DNA of 64,000 nucleotides from Pseudomonadota bacterium. GTDB lineage: Bacteria; Myxococcota_A; UBA9042; GCA-2863065. Position numbers and translations under genes: made by a program. Every line of letters begins with the position of its first letter. Position 1 is the first letter of the stretch. The notes under the pieces were generated by a model. The model ran no database searches, was not told where the DNA came from, and saw nothing but the letters and a program-made list of their open reading frames with translations. The stretch lies in assembly GCA_005776725.1 (NCBI GenBank), contig SXOO01000119.1, positions 4,687 through 68,686 on the forward strand, in the 5' to 3' direction. Shown here piece after piece: positions 17,688-27,074 of this stretch.

Positions 17688-19532
17688 ATGGCTGACACTC
17701 ATATCTTCGGGATGGTGCTCGATCGCGCGAACCGCAACCGGGGCGCCATCGCCTTCCGCGTGAAGCGCGGCGACCGTTTTGTCGACATCCCCTGGTCCGA
17801 GGTGCTGCCCCGAATGCAGCACATCGCCGCGGGCCTCGTCACCGCGGGCGAGCTGTCCGACGGCGCGCGAGTCAGCATCATCGGCAACACCTCGATGGAC
17901 TGGGTCATCCTGGACTTCGCCGCGATGTCGGCCGGCTTCCAGACGGTGCCCGTCTACGCCAGCCTGCTCCCCGAGGAGGTCGGCTTCATGCACGCCGACA
18001 CGAAGGTGGAGCTGATCGTCGCGGAGAACGCCAGCCAGGTGGCCAAGGTCCGCGCGATGCGCTCCGGCTTCCGGTTCTTCGACATCGACTACACGGCCGA
18101 CCAGGTGGCGCTAAAGGGCAAGATCGTGGTCGTGGATCCCACCGGGCTCGCCCCGGCCGACGACTGGGAGAGCCTCGCGGACCTCGAGGCGCGCGGCAAA
18201 GCCCAGCTGGCGGCCACCCAGGCCGAGGTGACGCGTCGCATCCAGAAGGTTCAGCGCTCCGACATCGCCACGTTCACCTATACGTCGGGTACTACCGGAC
18301 CGCCCAAGGCCGTGATCCAGACCCACGAGAACATGTTGTCGCTGCTCGAGAACCTCGAGGAGGTCAACCTGTTCGGACCGCAGGTTCGCGAGGGTGGGCT
18401 GTTCCTCTTCCTGCCGCTCGCCCACAGCTTCGGGCGCCTCATCGAGCTCGCGGGTCCGTTCTATGAGTGTCCGCTCGTCCTCTCGTCCGTGCCCACGTTG
18501 GCTGCGGACCTCGGGCTCTCGCGGCCCGGCTTCTTCCCTGGCGCCCCGCGGGTGTTCGAGAAGATGAAGGGCAAGATCGAGACGGGCGTCGCGGCTGCAC
18601 CGCCGCTGCGGCAAAAGATCTTCCACTGGGCCATAGGCGTCGGGAAGCAGACCATCCCGTACGTCACCACGGGTCGGCCCCTCCCTGCGCTGTTGTCCCT
18701 GAAGCGCGCCGTGGCCGACAAGCTGGTCTTCTCCAAGGTGCGGGCGAAGCTGGGCATGGACCGCACGGCAGTGCTCCTCTCAGGCTCCGCGCCGCTCCGC
18801 TCCGACGTCCACGAGTTCTTCATGGCGCTCGGTCTGCTGCTCCTCGAGGCCTATGGCCTCACCGAGACCTGCCCCGGGCTCACGGCCAACCGGCCGGGGC
18901 GAATCAAGATCGGCACCGTGGGTATCCCCTTCAAGGGCGTCACCATCCGCATCGCGGAGGACGGCGAGATCCTCGCGAAGGGACCCAACATCACCTCGGG
19001 CTACCTCAACCGGCCTGACGCCACCGGCGAGGCCTTCGACGAAGACGGGTGGTTCCACACCGGGGACCTCGGCTCCATGGACACCGAGGGTTTCGTGTCC
19101 ATCACCGGCCGTAAGAAGGAGCTCTTCAAGACCAGCGGCGGGAAGTACATTGCCCCGATCAAGATCGAGGCGCGCCTGAAGGCGGTCCCCTTCCTCCAAG
19201 AGGCGATCCTCATCGGTGACGCGCGCCACTTCTGCGTGGCCCTCTTCACCTGTGATCCCGAGACCTTGGGCGAGTGGGCCGCGAAGCAGGGCGTCCCGGC
19301 CGACCCCGGGCACCCGAAGGTCCGTGAGCTCCTTCAGACCCACGTCCACCAGGTCAACTCCACGCTCGCCAGCTTCGAGAGCGTGAAGTACTTCGAGGTC
19401 TTGCCGGGACCGCTCACGGTCGACGGCGGCGAGCTCACGGCCAGCCTCAAGGTGAAGCGCAAGACGGTCTCCTCGAAGTACGCCGACCTCATCGAGGCGA
19501 TGTACTCCCGCTCCAAGAGCGACGAGGGTTGA
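17688..19532 (+). CDS. long-chain fatty-acid--CoA ligase (AMP-dependent synthetase)
   Basis: The ATG at 17688 has GGAGG upstream. AMP-binding motifs are present: TFTYTSGTTGPPKAV, EAYGLTE, GWFHTGDLG and SGGKYIAP. Length is 614 aa. Confidence 0.9.
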   Translation: MADTHIFGMVLDRANRNRGAIAFRVKRGDRFVDIPWSEVLPRMQHIAAGLVTAGELSDGARVSIIGNTSMDWVILDFAAMSAGFQTVPVYASLLPEEVGFMHADTKVELIVAENASQVAKVRAMRSGFRFFDIDYTADQVALKGKIVVVDPTGLAPADDWESLADLEARGKAQLAATQAEVTRRIQKVQRSDIATFTYTSGTTGPPKAVIQTHENMLSLLENLEEVNLFGPQVREGGLFLFLPLAHSFGRLIELAGPFYECPLVLSSVPTLAADLGLSRPGFFPGAPRVFEKMKGKIETGVAAAPPLRQKIFHWAIGVGKQTIPYVTTGRPLPALLSLKRAVADKLVFSKVRAKLGMDRTAVLLSGSAPLRSDVHEFFMALGLLLLEAYGLTETCPGLTANRPGRIKIGTVGIPFKGVTIRIAEDGEILAKGPNITSGYLNRPDATGEAFDEDGWFHTGDLGSMDTEGFVSITGRKKELFKTSGGKYIAPIKIEARLKAVPFLQEAILIGDARHFCVALFTCDPETLGEWAAKQGVPADPGHPKVRELLQTHVHQVNSTLASFESVKYFEVLPGPLTVDGGELTASLKVKRKTVSSKYADLIEAMYSRSKSDEG

Positions 19533-20842
19533 GCGCGGGAGTAGCGGCCTCTCGACCGTTCGGAAAGGCGCTGCGAGAAGACCTGGGGAAGCTCCGGCAG
19601 AGCCGGCGTGATCTCTGGCTCATCTATCTCGTGAAGTTCCTCGAGAGCGTCGCCTACTTCGCAATCTACAACCTGCTCAACGTCTACTTGTCCGAGGACC
19701 TCGGCTACAACGACGTCCAGGCGGGCTGGATCACCAGCGCCTGGCTCACCGGCGTCTCCGTCATCATGTTCTTCTCGGGGTTCGTCGCTGACTCGATTGG
19801 GATCCGCCGCGCCATGGGGTGGGCCGTGGGCTCGGTGCTGATCGGGCGCACGATCATGGCCGTGACCCACGACCCCGTCACCCCGCTGATCGGGCTGTTC
19901 CTCTCCACGTGGGGGGTCGCCTCGATGCTGCCCACGATGACCGCCGCCGTGCGGCGCTACACCAACACCGAGACCGTCGCGTTCGGGTTCTCCTTCTTCT
20001 ACGTGGTCATGAACATCGGCGCGCTGGTCGCGCCCCTCACCGTAGGCGCGCTGCGGCGCTGGCTCAAGGAGGGTCTGGACTTGGGAGGGCTCCACCTCAC
20101 GACGAGCCAGGTCATCTTCGCCATCTCGGCGGCCGTTACGCTGCTGGCTACGCTCGTGGTGCTCCGGCTCCAGCCCGACGCCCCGGTGGCGAGCACAGGG
20201 CCGCGTAAGGGACCCGTGGCGATCTTCGCCGAGGTGAGCAAGGAGCGGGCGTTCTGGGGCTTCATGTTGTTCGTCTCGCTGCTGGTGCTCGTGCGGCTGA
20301 TCTTCCAGCACGCCCACCAGACCTGGCCCAAGTACACCATGCGCGTCATCGACAAGGACTTCGACTGGGCGTTCTACTGGTCCATCAACCCCGCGATGGT
20401 GATCATCTTCACGCCGCTGGTCACCGCCCTCACGCGCAACCGAGATGCGTTCTGGTCGATCGTCACCGGGGCCTTCATCACCGCGGGCTCGGTGTTCTTC
20501 CTGGCGATCTCCAGCACCGTGCCGGCCCAGATCGCGTTCGTGGTGATGCTCTCGCTCGGCGAGTGCATCTGGTCTCCCCGGCTCTACGAATACACCGCCA
20601 CCATCGCCCCCCCGGGGCGCGAGGCGTCATACATGGGGCTCTCACAGGTCCCGATGTTCTTCGCGAAGATGGTCGTGGGGGGCATCTCGGGGGCGCTCCT
20701 CACCTCGTACTGCCCGGAGACGGGCGCGCGCCAGCCCGAGCTGATGTGGGGGATCATCGGCGCCACCACGCTCTTGGGTCCCATCTTGATCGTGCTCTTC
20801 CGCCGCACCATCGAACGCCAAAGGCACGCCACGCCGGCCTGA
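19529..20842 (+). CDS. MFS transporter
   Basis: TTG start overlapping the ligase stop (TTGA). About 12 hydrophobic segments are present, plus an MFS/POT-like loop FFSGFVADSIGIRRAM. Confidence 0.8.
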   Translation: MSAGVAASRPFGKALREDLGKLRQSRRDLWLIYLVKFLESVAYFAIYNLLNVYLSEDLGYNDVQAGWITSAWLTGVSVIMFFSGFVADSIGIRRAMGWAVGSVLIGRTIMAVTHDPVTPLIGLFLSTWGVASMLPTMTAAVRRYTNTETVAFGFSFFYVVMNIGALVAPLTVGALRRWLKEGLDLGGLHLTTSQVIFAISAAVTLLATLVVLRLQPDAPVASTGPRKGPVAIFAEVSKERAFWGFMLFVSLLVLVRLIFQHAHQTWPKYTMRVIDKDFDWAFYWSINPAMVIIFTPLVTALTRNRDAFWSIVTGAFITAGSVFFLAISSTVPAQIAFVVMLSLGECIWSPRLYEYTATIAPPGREASYMGLSQVPMFFAKMVVGGISGALLTSYCPETGARQPELMWGIIGATTLLGPILIVLFRRTIERQRHATPA

Positions 20843-21030
20843 GACGCCCTGCTCCGGTGGGCGGCCGGGAGTCCCCCAAGTTGCTTCTGGCGTGGCAACG
20901 CCGTATACGCCCGCGCTCGGGGTCTCTGTCGGTGGTCGACAACCCTCGAGTTCGGAGAGGGAAGCCCGTGGGCGTCCGGCGCTGCGCCGGGTGGTCGTGT
21001 GGGCAGCCCGGGTACGCAGGGAGGTGCGCA

Positions 21031-23913
21031 GTGGGATCGACGGTTTCGCTTGGGAGCGCGCGAGCGCAGCGGCTGGGTCGAGTTTGGGGCGCTCTGGTGG
21101 TGCTCGGCCTCGGGTGCCATGAACCGACGGCCACGACCGAGACCTCCGAGGTCTTCACCTCCAAGACGTTCGACGCGGTCGGCAGCGCGCAGGAGTGCAC
21201 CAAGGCTTCGGACTGCGCGGCGGATCTCAGCCCCTGCACCGACGCAGCCTGCGTCGACGGGGCGTGTGTCTCCACGCCGCGGGCGGCGGGCGAGTCTTGC
21301 TACGACCCGCTGCGGCACACTGACGATTGCCAGCTCACGCGCTGCGACAGCGCCTCTCGCTGCGTGGTCGCGGACGCGCCAGACGGCGACCTCTGCGGCC
21401 CTCCCGACGCTTGTGTGAGGGGCACCTGCGCGGCCGGCGCCTGCACAGGCGTCGTGGCGCAGATCTCGTGCGAGGACGGCAACCCGTGCACGCGCGACGA
21501 GTGCGACGGCGCGGGCTGCAAGCACACGCCCACCGGAGCGTCGTGTGACGACGGCGATCCCTGCACCGACGACGACCGCTGCAACACCGCGAGCTGCGCG
21601 GGCACGCTGGCTTGCAACTGCGAAAACGACGGGGACTGCGTGGCGCTCGACACCAACAAGTGCGATGGCGCTTCACGCTGCGTCGAGGGCCGATGCCAGA
21701 ACGACCCCAGCACCGCCGTGGTGTGCGAGCTGCCGAGCAACGTCAGCGCCTGCAACGAGATCGCGTGCGTGCCCACCTCCGGCAAGTGCGTCTACGGCCC
21801 GAAGGAGGGCAAGGCGTGTGACGACAAGATCGCCTGCACGAAGGGCGGAACCTGCACTGCCGACGCCGAGTGCGTCTTCGCTACGATCGCCTGCGAGTTC
21901 GACTGCACCGACGAGGTGGACGAAGACGGCGACAAGCTCGTGGACTGCGACGACTCCGACTGCAAGAACGACGCTGCGTGTGGGGTCCCGCCTGAGTGCA
22001 AGGTGGCCTCGGACTGCGACTCCAGCGGGTCCGAGTGCGTCGTGGTCAAGTGCGAGGCCGGCTTCTGCACCGGAGAGAACGTCGCCGAGGGGACCGCCCT
22101 CGCAGAGCAGAAGGCTGGGGACTGCCAGGTCGCGGTCTGTGATGGCGCTGGTGCGTCTCGATCCGACGACGACACGAGCGACCCGCCCACGAGCGACTCG
22201 GCGTGTCTCGTGGAGCCGGCCTGCAGCGGCACACCCGCGGCGCCCGCGTTCACGAACGCTGCCGCAGGGACCGACTGCTCCGCGGATGCAGGGGATGGCG
22301 TCTACTGTGGCGATGGAGACGCTGCCGGCACGTGCGTGGCTTGCAACACGGCCGCGGATTGTCCGGCGTCGACCCAGGAGTGCAACGTCTCGGCATGCGT
22401 AGACCACGCTTGCGTGGTCCAGCCGGTAGCGGCCGGTACGCCCACCGAGCAGGGGCAGAGCTCCGGCGACTGCCAGCGTCGGGTGTGCGACGGCTCCGGC
22501 AAGGTGGCGTTCGAGGACGATGACTCGGACACCCCCGCGCCCGAGAACGATTGCGTCGCCTCGGGGTTCTGTGACGGCAGCCCGCTCGCCCCCGCCTTCA
22601 CCATGGCGGCCGCCGGGACAGCCTGCGGGGTCGGGCTCGCAGGCCTGTGCGACGGCGAGGGCAACTGCGGCGAGTGCAACGTCGACGCCCACTGCGACGA
22701 GCCGCTCGGTCCCTGCTCTGCGGTGACCTGCGTGGCCCACGTTTGCGTCGAGTCCAACGCCCCGGCTGGCCTGCCCCTGCCCGGCCAGACCGCAGGGGAC
22801 TGCCAGGTCTTCGTGTGCGACGGCAACGGCCATCCCGAGTCCAAGGCGGACTCGCTGGATCTGCCGGAGCTTCCGGGCGAGTGCTACGCCGAGGCGATCT
22901 GCGCCGGTGACCCTCTAGCGCCCGCGTTCCTGCCCAAGGGGCCGGGCGCGGTCTGCGACGAGCCGGGCGGTGCGGTCTGCAACGGGGTCGGCAGCTGCGT
23001 GCAGTGCGTCTCGTCCGATGACTGTGAACCCACCGGGGACGCGTGCGTCCTGTCCGTCTGCAAGGACAACGTCTGCACCACGGCTCCGTCGGCCGAGGGT
23101 GCGCTGCCCTCGTCGGAGCAGCAGGCGGGAGACTGTCAGGTGCTCGGCTGTGACGGGGCAGGCCACCCCACGGAGACTGGGGACCCCTCGGACACCCCGC
23201 TCACCGAGAATCCGTGCCTCACCCCGAGCTGCAAGGGGGCGCCGCTCGCGCCGTCGTTCCAGCCGGTGTTGGGCGGCACACCCTGCGGCGAATTCCTCGT
23301 CTGCGGTGCGACCAGCAACCCCGGGACCGCTGGCAAGTGCGTGGCGTGCGCCTCCGACACCGAGTGCCCTGGCGGCACGTGTAGCCCGGCGGGTCTCTGC
23401 GAGCTCCTCCCCACCTGCACCGATGGCATAAAGAACCAGGGGGAGATCGACGCCGACTGTGCCGGCCCGTGCCCGACGTGCGCCAATGGCAAGTCATGCT
23501 CCGTGAACGCCAGTTGCGCGTCCGGGCACTGCGCCAGTGGCGTGTGCGCCACGCCGACCTTCAATGGATGCACGGCGGCCACGGCCTTGGATCTCAGCGG
23601 TGTCCCGGGACCCCACGTGATCACGTTCCCGAACAACGGCAACCTGACCTATGACCCGAAGTGCGTCGTTGTGAAGGCTGGCTCAACGGTGACGTTCAAC
23701 GGGAACTTCGCCGGGCATCCCATGATCGGCGGTACCGTCACTGGCGGCGTCGCCACCCCCGCCGCCTCCGGGCCTTTCGTGCCCGCGACGACTACCGGCA
23801 CCAGCAAGTCGTTCACCATGAGCGACGTCGGGGTCTTCCCGTATTACTGCATGCCCCACGCGTCGATCGGCATGAACGGCGCCGTCTTCGTGGTGCCTAA
23901 CGAAGACCCCTAG
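21031..23913 (+). CDS. Cys-rich repeat lipoprotein with C-terminal cupredoxin (type-1 copper) domain
   Basis: The GTG at 21031 has GGAGG upstream. It reads VGSTVSLGSARAQRLGRVWGALVVLGLGCHEP (lipobox). Four modules of about 105 aa follow (...GDCQxxVCDGxG...D.SD.P......C......C.G.PLAPAF...). The C-terminus VVVKAGSTVTFNGNFAGHPMIGG...GVFPYYCMPHASIGMNGAVFVV has the plastocyanin-type His...Cys-x2-His-x4-Met ligand spacing. Confidence 0.8.
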   Translation: MGSTVSLGSARAQRLGRVWGALVVLGLGCHEPTATTETSEVFTSKTFDAVGSAQECTKASDCAADLSPCTDAACVDGACVSTPRAAGESCYDPLRHTDDCQLTRCDSASRCVVADAPDGDLCGPPDACVRGTCAAGACTGVVAQISCEDGNPCTRDECDGAGCKHTPTGASCDDGDPCTDDDRCNTASCAGTLACNCENDGDCVALDTNKCDGASRCVEGRCQNDPSTAVVCELPSNVSACNEIACVPTSGKCVYGPKEGKACDDKIACTKGGTCTADAECVFATIACEFDCTDEVDEDGDKLVDCDDSDCKNDAACGVPPECKVASDCDSSGSECVVVKCEAGFCTGENVAEGTALAEQKAGDCQVAVCDGAGASRSDDDTSDPPTSDSACLVEPACSGTPAAPAFTNAAAGTDCSADAGDGVYCGDGDAAGTCVACNTAADCPASTQECNVSACVDHACVVQPVAAGTPTEQGQSSGDCQRRVCDGSGKVAFEDDDSDTPAPENDCVASGFCDGSPLAPAFTMAAAGTACGVGLAGLCDGEGNCGECNVDAHCDEPLGPCSAVTCVAHVCVESNAPAGLPLPGQTAGDCQVFVCDGNGHPESKADSLDLPELPGECYAEAICAGDPLAPAFLPKGPGAVCDEPGGAVCNGVGSCVQCVSSDDCEPTGDACVLSVCKDNVCTTAPSAEGALPSSEQQAGDCQVLGCDGAGHPTETGDPSDTPLTENPCLTPSCKGAPLAPSFQPVLGGTPCGEFLVCGATSNPGTAGKCVACASDTECPGGTCSPAGLCELLPTCTDGIKNQGEIDADCAGPCPTCANGKSCSVNASCASGHCASGVCATPTFNGCTAATALDLSGVPGPHVITFPNNGNLTYDPKCVVVKAGSTVTFNGNFAGHPMIGGTVTGGVATPAASGPFVPATTTGTSKSFTMSDVGVFPYYCMPHASIGMNGAVFVVPNEDP

Positions 23914-23952
23914 CGGCCTCGTCAGCGGGACATGCCCGACTGCCCATCCAGC

Positions 23953-24663
23953 TCAGAACGGGTAGGGAGTCAGGACGTAGTCCTCGCCGCCGCCGTGGCA
24001 GCCCGTACACAACGCGGCGCCGGCTGAGGCGGCGTACTGCGACGAGTCGTAGCGCTCGTACCACCACCATGCGTCCCCTTGAGCACCGTCGCCTGTGCGG
24101 ACCATCACGGACCATCCGCGGATGGTGCTCCCCCCGCCGAAGAGCTCCTTCACGAACGCAGTGCCCTTCGGGAACGCCGCATCCGCGACCTTTCCCTTCG
24201 CGTGGGGGCTCGCGTACGTGCGGACCGTGCCGAAGTGGGGGCCCGTGGAGGCGTGCGCGGCCTCCTCTGCCTCCCAGGCCAGGTAGGCCCCCGACTGGAG
24301 CCAGGTCAGGAGCGCCGCGGGCTCGGTGGGGGGCCCCTCCTCGGGAGTGGCCGCGTCCTCGGGTGTGGCCGCGTCCTCGGCTGTGGCCGCGTCCTCGGCT
24401 AGCGCGGCGTCGGCGTTGGTCACCGTGTCGTCTGGGCTCGCGTCCGCAGCCTCTGCCGCGTCGCTTGCGGAGACGTCCGTGAGGCCCCCGTCTGCCGCGT
24501 CCCCCGCGTCGGGGACACGGGAGGGCGTGTCCCCGCTGGCGTCGACCCCGTCAGACACCTCGAGTGCGTCGTCCGGCGGCGTCGCGGCATGAGCGTCAGG
24601 GGAGGAGTGCCCGCTCGCGGTGGAGCAGCCGAACAGGAAGGCGACGGTGAAGAGAGTGCGCAT
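23953..24663 (-). CDS. heme c lipoprotein, cytochrome P460-like
   Basis: The ATG at 24663 gives MRTLFTVAFLFGCSTASG (lipobox). An acidic EDAATAEDAATPEDAATPE linker follows. Then FPKGTAFVKE...GWSVMVR...WWWYER...CTGCHGG, with a single CxxCH near the C-terminus, as in the P460 family (assigned from memory). Confidence 0.6.
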   Translation of the reverse strand: MRTLFTVAFLFGCSTASGHSSPDAHAATPPDDALEVSDGVDASGDTPSRVPDAGDAADGGLTDVSASDAAEAADASPDDTVTNADAALAEDAATAEDAATPEDAATPEEGPPTEPAALLTWLQSGAYLAWEAEEAAHASTGPHFGTVRTYASPHAKGKVADAAFPKGTAFVKELFGGGSTIRGWSVMVRTGDGAQGDAWWWYERYDSSQYAASAGAALCTGCHGGGEDYVLTPYPF

Positions 24664-24797
24664 ACGTGTTGTATGGCCGAACGCGGTCCGGGTTACCAGG
24701 GAAGCGCGCCGCCTGCCCCGCGTGCGCGCGGCGCCCTCGGGGCCTCGCTGGTGCGGGTAAACCCCGGGAGCCACCAACCCGCCTTTGACAGGGGGCC

Positions 24798-26306
24798 GTG
24801 CCTCCGCTCCACTGCGCCGCTGTGAGGCGTTCTTTCACCCCCGCCTGGCTCGCCCAGGACCCTCGTGCGCTGGCCTTCCTGCCGCGGATCGAACTCCCTC
24901 GGGCCCGCCCGATACATCCAGATGTCGTCGACGAGCTGGCGCGGCAGAACCCGGAGGGTCTGGCCTCGGTGGACCGCCTCGTTCGCGGCGCCGGTGCGGT
25001 GGTCACAGGGCAGCAAGTCGGGCTCTTCCTCGGCCCGCTCTACTCGTTGACCAAAGCGCTCTCTGCGGTGGTCGACGCACGCGAGGCCACCGAACGGGGG
25101 CGCGACGCCGTCGCCGTGTTCTGGTTGCAGACCGAGGACGCAGACTTCGAGGAGGTGCGTCACAGCGCGTTTCCGGGCGGCAGCGTATCGCTCGCCGACA
25201 ACCCCGCGGAGGCGCGGCGCTCCTTGGCGCACAGGGCCCTCGGCGCCTCTGTGCTCGATTGCCTGCGCGGCCTCGACCTCGGCGGCCACTTCGCCGCAGA
25301 CGTTCGAGACCTGCTCGCGCGCCACTACCGCCCCGAGCGGACGCTCGCAGAGGCTTTCGCCGACACCCTCCGCGAGCTCACCCGTGGGACTGGGCTCCTT
25401 GTGCTCGATCCGAGGCGGGAGCCGCTCGCGCGCCTGGTGCGGCCGGTGCACGAACGGGCGCTCGACGACCCGACGCTCGGGGGGATCCTGGCGGAGCGCG
25501 CCGCTGCGCTCGAGGCCGCGGGCTTCGAGGTCCAGGTCCCATCGCGCCCCGGCGCGCTGCTCTCGTGTTTTCACCCGGAGGGGCCGCTCGGGCCGCGATA
25601 TCGGCTGGTCGAAACCGAAAAGGGACTGGAGTGCGCTGGAGGCCCTCCCGTGGCGCGGTCCCAGATCGACCCGGGCTCACTCAGCGTGTCGACCACGGCG
25701 CTGCTCCGCCCGATCGTGCAAGACACGCTGCTTCCCACAATGGCGGTGGTGCTCGGGCCCGGCGAGCTCGCCTATTTCGCCCAGCTGCCGCCACTCTACG
25801 GCGCCTTCGGGCTGCCGTTGCCCCAGGTGATCCCCCGGGGACGGGTTCGCTTGAGCGTCCCAGCGTCGCGTCGGCTCGCGGAGCAGGTCGGCCTGCCGCT
25901 GCAGCCCCGCAGCGCGCTCGTCGAGGCGCTCGCTCGACGCGGCGACAACGGGGCGCTCGCAGCGCTGGATGCGCTCTCTGACACGGTGGCCGCTAAGCTG
26001 GCTGCGGTGGCATCAGACGCTCCCGACGCCGCTTGCGGAGCTGCGGCCGCCAAGACGGCGGACGGTGTCAGCCAGGCGCTCGCGCGGCTCCGCGGCCGCT
26101 TCGTCGCTGGGCACGCAGCGCTCCAGGCCACCGACCTCGAGCGCCTCGACCGCTGGTTGTCGTGGGTGGCGCCCGGCGATGCGCCCCAGGAGCGCGTGCT
26201 CGGCTTCGCGCCGTTCGCCGCCCGCGTTGGTGCGCCGGCGCTGGTCCAAGGCATGCTCGGGGCGCTCGTGCCCGGCTCCCACGAGCTCGTGGAGGTGGCG
26301 TTATGA
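24798..26306 (+). CDS. bshC: bacillithiol biosynthesis cysteine-adding enzyme BshC
   Basis: The BshC signature VVTGQQVGLFLGPLYSLTKALSAV is present. Length is about 500 aa. It sits upstream of bshB and bshA and is coupled to them. The start is uncertain (GTG 24798 or GTG 24822). Confidence 0.85.
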   Translation: MPPLHCAAVRRSFTPAWLAQDPRALAFLPRIELPRARPIHPDVVDELARQNPEGLASVDRLVRGAGAVVTGQQVGLFLGPLYSLTKALSAVVDAREATERGRDAVAVFWLQTEDADFEEVRHSAFPGGSVSLADNPAEARRSLAHRALGASVLDCLRGLDLGGHFAADVRDLLARHYRPERTLAEAFADTLRELTRGTGLLVLDPRREPLARLVRPVHERALDDPTLGGILAERAAALEAAGFEVQVPSRPGALLSCFHPEGPLGPRYRLVETEKGLECAGGPPVARSQIDPGSLSVSTTALLRPIVQDTLLPTMAVVLGPGELAYFAQLPPLYGAFGLPLPQVIPRGRVRLSVPASRRLAEQVGLPLQPRSALVEALARRGDNGALAALDALSDTVAAKLAAVASDAPDAACGAAAAKTADGVSQALARLRGRFVAGHAALQATDLERLDRWLSWVAPGDAPQERVLGFAPFAARVGAPALVQGMLGALVPGSHELVEVAL

Positions 26307-27061
26307 GGGGTCGCGATTCCACGGGAGACGGGTCGGCACGACCGCTGGACGTCCTGGCGATCGGGCCTCATCCGGACGACGTCGAGCTCTTCTGCGGCGG
26401 CACGGTCGCCGGTCTGGTGCGCAGGGGATACCGCGTCGGCATCCTCGACCTCACTGCCGGCGAGCGCGCCAGCAACGGCACCCCGAAGATCCGCGCGGCG
26501 GAGGCGCGAGCCGCCGCCGACGTGCTGGGCGTGGACTTCCGGGAGTGCCTGGGGCTGCCGGACCTCGGCCTCAAGGCGGACCAGGCGCCGGAGCTGGCGC
26601 TGGCGCTCCGGCGCCTCGCCCCCCGCCTGGTGCTCGCGCCGGTCGCGGTCGATCGCCACCCCGATCACGCGGCAGCGGCTCAGCTGGTGGAGCGCGCGGT
26701 GTTCATGGCCAACGTGGCGGGCTTCGAGCCGCCGGGGCGCCACCGCGTGGACGAGGTGCTCTGGTACCCCACCCGTGTCCTCGTGGAGCCCTCCTTCGCG
26801 GTGGATATCTCGGCGGACGTGGACGCCAAGCGGCGCGCGATGCAGTGCCACGTCAGCCAGCTCAAGGGCGCTCGGCCGACGCTGGTTGGCGCCGAGGACG
26901 CCCTCCAGCGGATCGAGGAGCGCGACCGGTTCTATGGCGCGCAGCTGGGGGTCGCAGCCGCCGAGCCGTTCGTGGTGCACAGCCGGCTCGGGATCGACGA
27001 CCCCGTCGCGTTCTTCAGGTCACGCTCCCCGGCGTTCTTTCCCGAGCGGCGCTCGCGGTGA
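26303..27061 (+). CDS. bshB: N-acetyl-alpha-D-glucosaminyl L-malate deacetylase BshB1 (PIG-L/LmbE family)
   Basis: The ATG at 26303 overlaps the bshC stop (ATGA). The motifs LAIGPHPDDVELFCGGT, DLTAGERASNGT, DRHPDH, FAVDIS and FYGAQLGVAAAEPF parallel B. subtilis BshB1. Confidence 0.88.
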   Translation: MRGRDSTGDGSARPLDVLAIGPHPDDVELFCGGTVAGLVRRGYRVGILDLTAGERASNGTPKIRAAEARAAADVLGVDFRECLGLPDLGLKADQAPELALALRRLAPRLVLAPVAVDRHPDHAAAAQLVERAVFMANVAGFEPPGRHRVDEVLWYPTRVLVEPSFAVDISADVDAKRRAMQCHVSQLKGARPTLVGAEDALQRIEERDRFYGAQLGVAAAEPFVVHSRLGIDDPVAFFRSRSPAFFPERRSR

Positions 27062-27074
27062 CGGAGGCGCGCAA

